This document shows positions 58,788 through 64,000 of a stretch of DNA of 64,000 bases, in pieces (the first letter of the stretch is position 1; every line of letters begins with the position of its first letter). The notes under the pieces are model-generated. The model made no database searches, was not told the origin of the DNA, and saw only the letters and a list, made by a program, of their open reading frames with translations. This DNA comes from Dehalococcoidia bacterium (GTDB lineage Bacteria; Chloroflexota; Dehalococcoidia; SHYB01). Position numbers and translations under genes: made by a program. The stretch is taken from NCBI GenBank assembly GCA_965220155.1, contig OZ244810.1:3627633-3691632 (forward strand), written 5' to 3'.

Positions 58788-59603
58788 ATGACCAGAATGG
58801 ACGAGGACTATGACCTAAATCCGATCGCCGGGCACCTCTTTGCTTGCAAAGCGGCGTTCCTCCAGCAGCTCCGGACCTATTATTCCTTCAGCCAACTCCT
58901 CGCTTACCTCACAAGCACCCTTCCCGCAGTGGCGGTGCTCGCCTGGATGGCGAGGGAAAGCGACAGCCAGATAGTGGTGGCGTACGTCACCATCGGCTCC
59001 TTCATGCTTACGGTGTGGCAGTCCGGAGTCTTTCGGGTGGGGTGGACGCTGACTGAGGAATTGACCGCCGGAACTCTGCAGTTCAACCTGTTGTCGCGGT
59101 CGCCGGTCATGTGGGTGATCTTCGGCAAAGCGCTCGCGTTGATCTCCCTGGGCTCCATCGCCGGCGTTATGGCAGTCCTCGTCGTCCTAGCCATTACCCA
59201 AGACCCCCCGGGCGTGGCCCAGGTAGGACTCCTTGTCGTTTCGGTCATGGTCACCCTTGTGGCCGTTACCATCACGGCTTTCTTGTTTGCGCCGCTCATG
59301 GTGTTGTCAAAAGGCCAGGCAGGGTTCACCGGAGCTATTACCCCCTTCGGCACGGTGTTCAGCAGCTTTCTCTACCCCGTCGGTCAGCTGCCGGAAGCAC
59401 TAGAGTATGTCGCCAGAGCGCTTCCGACGTCATGGGCCATGGAAAGCATCATCCTTTCCACCCAGGGCGGTGGGAGCTACGCGACCGTCATCGCCCGTTG
59501 GGGTATCGCACTCGGCATAGCCGCCGGCTGGCTTGGGATCACGGCGTGGATGTTTCGGAAAGTGGAGCAACGGTTGAGAGTAACCGGCGAGTTAACTGCC
59601 TAG
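58788..59603 (+). CDS. ABC-2 type exporter permease (A2, paralogue of A1)
   Basis: Shares SGVFRVGW, FGK.LA, APLMVLS, LPTSWAM with A1. Confidence 0.85.
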   Translation: MTRMDEDYDLNPIAGHLFACKAAFLQQLRTYYSFSQLLAYLTSTLPAVAVLAWMARESDSQIVVAYVTIGSFMLTVWQSGVFRVGWTLTEELTAGTLQFNLLSRSPVMWVIFGKALALISLGSIAGVMAVLVVLAITQDPPGVAQVGLLVVSVMVTLVAVTITAFLFAPLMVLSKGQAGFTGAITPFGTVFSSFLYPVGQLPEALEYVARALPTSWAMESIILSTQGGGSYATVIARWGIALGIAAGWLGITAWMFRKVEQRLRVTGELTA

Positions 59604-59610
59604 TGATCGC

Positions 59611-60390
59611 ATGAGCAATGTTCTCCGGCACGCATACCTGAGCTACAAGGGTCAGTTTCTTTGGTTGACCTGGCCCGGTTACATCTCGAACGTCGTGATT
59701 CGGCCAGTGTTGCTGCTCGCGTTGTTTGCGATTGCCGGTAAGTTCGCCCTTGGGGGGGAGATGGCGCGAGCGTACATCCTAGGAATGTCGCTCTACCCGG
59801 TACCCCTTCTTATGATGGCCATGACCCAGACCTTCCACCATGACATCCGGTTCGGGACCTTCTCCATCACCCTAGGCACGCCGGCCAACCGGTTCATGGT
59901 GTACGGTAACCGCGCCGTCTTCCATGTCCCCAACACTATCCTTGCGGTCGTAGTTTCTCTGCTCTTCGCCAAGGGATTCCTCGATCTGGAGACTTTCAAT
60001 GCGGACTGGGGCGCGGTGATCCTGGCCGTAGCCGTCGTCATATTCTCGTCAGCGGCCTTTGCGCTGTTCATGGGCAACATCATCATGCTCCTGCGTGATT
60101 GGGTCGGGCCATTCTGGATCGCCGTCGGCCTCATCATGGGACTCAGCGGCGCCATTGTGCCCCTCGATTCGCTGCCCGCGGCGCTGGAAGCTCTCGGGCG
60201 GGCACTCCCGCTAACCCACTCCCTCGAGGTCTATCGCAATGCCTTTGATGGCAATGGGCCCGCGGTCTATCCTGGTCTGTTACGAGAGCTCGCCGTTGGT
60301 CTTGGATACCTCGGTGCGGGTCACTTCTTCTTCTTAGGCGTCCTAGCCAAGATGCGCCGCGACGGAAGCCTATCGGCTATAGACTCTTGA
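59611..60390 (+). CDS. ABC-2 type exporter permease (B2, paralogue of B1)
   Basis: Shares YLSYKG, PGY.SNV..RP, ANR, LPLTH with B1. Confidence 0.85.
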   Translation: MSNVLRHAYLSYKGQFLWLTWPGYISNVVIRPVLLLALFAIAGKFALGGEMARAYILGMSLYPVPLLMMAMTQTFHHDIRFGTFSITLGTPANRFMVYGNRAVFHVPNTILAVVVSLLFAKGFLDLETFNADWGAVILAVAVVIFSSAAFALFMGNIIMLLRDWVGPFWIAVGLIMGLSGAIVPLDSLPAALEALGRALPLTHSLEVYRNAFDGNGPAVYPGLLRELAVGLGYLGAGHFFFLGVLAKMRRDGSLSAIDS

Positions 60391-60516
60391 CTCCGCGAGT
60401 TGGCTCCCCCGCGACCTCCGGCCGGTAAACGTCCCGGAGGGCGAGCGCGGCTCCCGACAATGGGCCCAATGAGATTCAGTAAAGCCACTGCACAACGGTT
60501 TGGCGGGAGGCTGTCC

Positions 60517-61026
60517 TCACCCCGGCGGAAACGGGTCGCGGCCGCTCGCATGTGCCTGCGATTCCCGGATAGACAGACCTCGACTGGTCTTGTCACCCCA
60601 TAGGCCTTTGACATAGGTAAGTACTTCGATTATCTCTCCGTGGCCGAGCTGATCGCCAAACGCCGGCATGGCGCTCTTGAAGCCCGGTAGGCTCGGGTCT
60701 TCCTGTATCTTCCCACCCTGGCTGACGATTCGGTATAAGAGGCCATCGGCATGGTGCCAGGTGTGGCCATCGCCATTGAGAGGAGGCGCCGGCAGTGTGC
60801 CGTCGTCTTTGGGGATATGCCAGTCGGGTTGGCCCTGGGCAGCGGCTCCATGGCAAGCGGCACAGGTAGCGGTGAAAATCTCCCTCCCTGTTCGGGAAGC
60901 CGGTTCGGTGGAGACAACGCCGCCGGATGTCGGACCTTTTTCCCCCGTCGAGGACGAGCAGGCAATCACCAAGACAGGTGCGAGCAGCAGCACGGTGAAA
61001 GCAGTCGCGCGATCGCCAGTCCCCAC
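60517..61026 (-). CDS. Monoheme c-type cytochrome, probable lipoprotein (start uncertain)
   Basis: LVIA-C lipobox, CAACH, PAPPL..GHTWHH, MPAF. Confidence 0.82.
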   Translation of the reverse strand: MGTGDRATAFTVLLLAPVLVIACSSSTGEKGPTSGGVVSTEPASRTGREIFTATCAACHGAAAQGQPDWHIPKDDGTLPAPPLNGDGHTWHHADGLLYRIVSQGGKIQEDPSLPGFKSAMPAFGDQLGHGEIIEVLTYVKGLWGDKTSRGLSIRESQAHASGRDPFPPG

Positions 61027-61085
61027 GGTGACCTGCCCCCGATCTTTTGACCTTCCCCTGGAAGACCGACCTACTATCTCACGCA

Positions 61086-61283
61086 ATGGACCGGGCCTGT
61101 GCGGTGGCCGGGGTCAAGCGTGTCCGCTTCCATGATCCCCGCCGCACCCACGCAACCCTGCTACTGGCATCCGGGACGAACATCAAGGCCGTCAGCGCTC
61201 GGCTCGGACATTCGTCCGTGGCCTTCACCCTAGATGTCTATGGGCACGTGATCCCAGGCATGGATGAGGCCCTGGCCGACAAG
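61086..61283 (+). pseudogene. Tyrosine integrase C-terminal fragment
   Basis: RFHDPRRTHATLLL.SG..IK.VSARLGHS....TLDVYGHV; HxLRH box degraded, N-terminus absent; ~100 bp from tRNA-Trp 3' end. Confidence 0.85.
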
Positions 61284-61383
61284 CCGGAGACCTCTTCGAG
61301 CAGAAACGCTAATCGAAACGCTATCACGGAGAATGAGGGATGCTCTGTTGAGGGCGCTGGGGGTGATCTATACCTGTTGAAGT

Positions 61384-61460
61384 TGGCAGGAGCGGCAGGA
61401 TTTGAACCCGCGACCGGCGGTTTTGGAGACCGCTGCTCTACCAGGCTGAGCTACACTCCT
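61384..61460 (-). tRNA. tRNA-Trp (CCA)
   Basis: AGGAGTG..., anticodon loop CTCCAAA, GGTTCAAATCC, ends GCCA. Confidence 0.96.
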
Positions 61461-61537
61461 GGGTGAGCGAACACTCCTACCGCCACGAAGTCTATCTAGT
61501 TGGCGCCGCGACCGTCAATAGGAGTAAGCAAGGGCGG

Positions 61538-62395
61538 TCATGAGGAGTCTCCGCGGGCTTTGAGCCTCTCGTGGGCTGCTCTCGCGGCCATCTGCTCCGC
61601 CCTTCGCTTGCTCTGCCCGGTGCCCTCCCCGAGGGCCTCCCCTTCCAACAGCACCCGGACGGTGAACCGGCGAGTGTGCGGCGGCCCAGCCTCGTCAACC
61701 GTTTCATAGATGGGTAAGGGGCGACCAGCGGCCTGCGCGAGCTCCTGCAGCATCGACTTATAGTTCGCCGACGCACCGGGCTCGATCGCACCCAACAGGT
61801 GTTCGAAGGCCGCCAATGTTCGCGCCTTTGCCACTTCGTGTCCCTGGTCGACGAGCAGCGCCCCAATCACGGCTTCAAAGGCGCCGGCCAGATTGCGCCC
61901 GCGGGCCCGGCCCCCGGTCTGCTCCTCACCATTTCCCAGGTACAGGCAGTCGCCCAGCCGGAACCGGGCCGCGAGACCCGCCAACGTTTCACCTCGCACC
62001 AGGCCGGAGCGGAGCTCGGTCAACGTTCCCTCCTGCAGGTCCTCAAAACGCGAACATAGCTCTTCAGCGATCACGAGTCCGATGAATGCGTCCCCCAAGA
62101 ACTCCAGGCGCTCATTGCTTTGCGTCGCCTCGCCGGGGTACTCGTGGACGAAAGAGCGATGGGTCAGGGCTTGGCGCAGGAGGCCATGGTCCCGGAAGGC
62201 CACCTCCAATGCCAATTCGAGCCGGCGTTCCGGATTTCTGGGTCCGGCAAGCGCCGGCGCCTCGGGCCTCCCGTGACGTGAGGACCAGGAGCCCGTCGGC
62301 TCAGTGTGGAGTCCGGCCCGACCAGTCCCCGCCGACGTCCGAGCACCGGGGCCTCGAAGCGCGATAAGCCATCGAATTGGTGCGGTCCAGGACAT
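61538..62395 (-). CDS. rnc: Ribonuclease III (start uncertain)
   Basis: ALTHRS, NERLEFLGDA, FEAVIGA, NYKSMLQE, GPPH..F, SKRRAEQ.AA. Confidence 0.95.
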   Translation of the reverse strand: MSWTAPIRWLIALRGPGARTSAGTGRAGLHTEPTGSWSSRHGRPEAPALAGPRNPERRLELALEVAFRDHGLLRQALTHRSFVHEYPGEATQSNERLEFLGDAFIGLVIAEELCSRFEDLQEGTLTELRSGLVRGETLAGLAARFRLGDCLYLGNGEEQTGGRARGRNLAGAFEAVIGALLVDQGHEVAKARTLAAFEHLLGAIEPGASANYKSMLQELAQAAGRPLPIYETVDEAGPPHTRRFTVRVLLEGEALGEGTGQSKRRAEQMAARAAHERLKARGDSS

Positions 62396-62504
62396 GGCTA
62401 GCGGGTCCCCAGGGTAGCGTCCCATTTTAGGAAGCCGGCCGGAGGACCGTCAATCTGATGTACCCTATCGATACGGCTCTCCGCAGTCTCCGGCGACCAC
62501 CGGC

Positions 62505-63779
62505 ATGGCCTCAACAAACGATAGCGATAGCCCCACGCATCCCATGCTCCTCCGCCTGCACTCCGAGGCCAGGGCCCTCCTGGAGCAGGCAGTCTCTCTC
62601 GCCGCAAGGCGGGGTGAACGCCTCTACCTCGTCGGGGGAACGGTCCGGGACCTCCTGCTGGGACGCACCGGTGTCGACCTCGACGTGGTGCTGCAGGGGG
62701 ACGCTCCCGGTCTTGCCGAGCTCCTGGCCCGGCAGACCGGAGGGTCGATCAGGACACACCATCAATTCGGAACGGCTTCGGTCATCAATGGGGCGCTGAC
62801 GCTGGACTTGGCCACCGCCCGTACGGAGACCTTCCCCAGACCCGGAGCCCTCCCAGTCGTAAAGCCGGGAACGGTGTTGGAAGACCTCCGGCGCCGCGAT
62901 TTCACCATCAACGCCATCGCCCTTTCCCTTGGGCCTGAACAGCCTGGAGAGGTACTGGACCCGTGGGGCGGCATCGAAGACCTCCGCCGGGCCACCGTCC
63001 GCGTGCTCCACGACGGCAGCTTCGTCGACGATCCCACCCGGATGCTTCGCGCCGTCCGGTTTGAGCAGCGGTTCGGCTTCCAGCTTGATCAGGCAACGGA
63101 GTCTCTGGTGAAACGAGACGCCCGAATGCTGAACGCGATTTCGCGCGAGCGGGTGCGCCATGAGATCGAGCGCACGCTGGCAGAGCAGCGTCCGGAGGTG
63201 GTCATGGCGCGGTCCGATGAGCTGGGGTTGCTCCGGGCTATACACCCTTCGCTGCACTGGAACGATCGGGCCACGGAGAACTTTCGGCGAGCGCGGGAGC
63301 TTGGGGACGGCACGCCGGAGGTGTACGCCGGGCTGTTGGCCCTCTCCGTGAACACTGTCGATAGCTCGTCCCTGGCCAAACGCCTCGATTTCCCGAAGTC
63401 CTGGGCTGCTATCACGGCCCACGCTCCCAGGCTGGCGTCCATGGAGGCAGAGCTTTCCAGACCCGCGTTGCGCGCAAGCGAGCTCGACGCGGCCCTGCGC
63501 GGCTCACCCCTGGAGGCGGTACGCGCTTGTCGGGCCGCCGCGGGGACGGCCATAATGGTCGAGCGCTTGGGCCACTATCTGGACGAACTCGAAGCGGTCA
63601 GGCCTCTGCTCAACGGGCATGACCTGTTGGGCTTGGGGGTACCGCCGGGTCCCATGGTTGGGGAGGGCCTGGAGGCCCTGCGGCGAGCGCGCCTCGATGG
63701 CCACGTGGCGTCTCGGGGTGATGAAGAGGGACTGATCAGAAAGTGGCTCCATGGGATGCCGGAGGAGCAGCGAGGCTAA
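62505..63779 (+). CDS. CCA/poly(A) tRNA nucleotidyltransferase (class II)
   Basis: LVGGTVRDLLL, DLD, DLATAR.E, RRDFTINA, DDPTRMLRA.RF. Confidence 0.93.
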   Translation: MASTNDSDSPTHPMLLRLHSEARALLEQAVSLAARRGERLYLVGGTVRDLLLGRTGVDLDVVLQGDAPGLAELLARQTGGSIRTHHQFGTASVINGALTLDLATARTETFPRPGALPVVKPGTVLEDLRRRDFTINAIALSLGPEQPGEVLDPWGGIEDLRRATVRVLHDGSFVDDPTRMLRAVRFEQRFGFQLDQATESLVKRDARMLNAISRERVRHEIERTLAEQRPEVVMARSDELGLLRAIHPSLHWNDRATENFRRARELGDGTPEVYAGLLALSVNTVDSSSLAKRLDFPKSWAAITAHAPRLASMEAELSRPALRASELDAALRGSPLEAVRACRAAAGTAIMVERLGHYLDELEAVRPLLNGHDLLGLGVPPGPMVGEGLEALRRARLDGHVASRGDEEGLIRKWLHGMPEEQRG

Positions 63780-63782
63780 CGC

Positions 63783-64000
63783 ATGGCACAGGACGTACCC
63801 GAGAACTGCGAAGTCTGCGACGAGCCCATGGACGCGGTCCACAACGCCGCCTGCGCCTTCTGCAACCGCGTCTTTCACCTGACCTGGGATACACGCCTGG
63901 AGATCAAAGACTGCGGCCGGTTCGACATCGACGACCAGACCCTCGCGATGTACTTCACGTGCGACCGCTGCGTCTCGGAACATCCGCCCCCCATGCCGGG
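63783..64000 (+). CDS. Small Cys-rich zinc-finger protein (3' truncated by window)
   Basis: MAQDVPENCEVC..CAFCNRVFH..DC..YFTCDRC; ATG 3 nt after the upstream stop; not in ORF track. Confidence 0.72.
   Translation, partial: MAQDVPENCEVCDEPMDAVHNAACAFCNRVFHLTWDTRLEIKDCGRFDIDDQTLAMYFTCDRCVSEHPPPMP

Noticed and set aside
61047-61466. Intact 139-aa integrase or active prophage
   Set aside because: Only the C-terminal boxes remain, HDLRH is altered to HDPRR, the ORF runs antisense into tRNA-Trp, and no phage genes are present

Overview
GC-rich bacterial chromosome segment, most consistent with Chloroflexota class Dehalococcoidia (inferred from the tmRNA tag (A)GERQLALAAA and many SDR, MaoC, LLM, ACAD and Mo-hydroxylase paralogues). 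The backbone is housekeeping genes (ctpA-smpB-ssrA, secG, gatB, DEAD-box helicase, dapB-asd-dapA, rpsO-pnp, Lon-like protease, purE-purK, greA, serS, rnc, CCA-adding enzyme) and five tRNAs (Pro-TGG, Gly-GCC, Leu-GAG, Ser-TGA, Trp-CCA), interleaved with catabolic clusters. Accessory or unusual elements: (1) a 2.5-kb integrase-less cassette (pentapeptide-FRG gene, intact antitoxin, doubly frameshifted RelE/HigB toxin) bracketed by a 53-bp direct repeat; (2) a TRAFAC-type GTPase plus GAP1-like partner between an mtaB relic and tRNA-Pro; (3) a ~300-bp MITE-like composite repeat in two copies carrying GTAG-REP palindromes; (4) an isolated ObgE N-terminal fragment in a 59-codon ORF just upstream of purE; (5) an island between convergent tRNA-Ser and tRNA-Trp with a four-permease ABC exporter, cmoM-like and integrase relics; (6) a PHD-finger-like Cys4-His-Cys3 small protein at the right edge. 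All calls come from reading sequence and motifs by eye; no searches were run.
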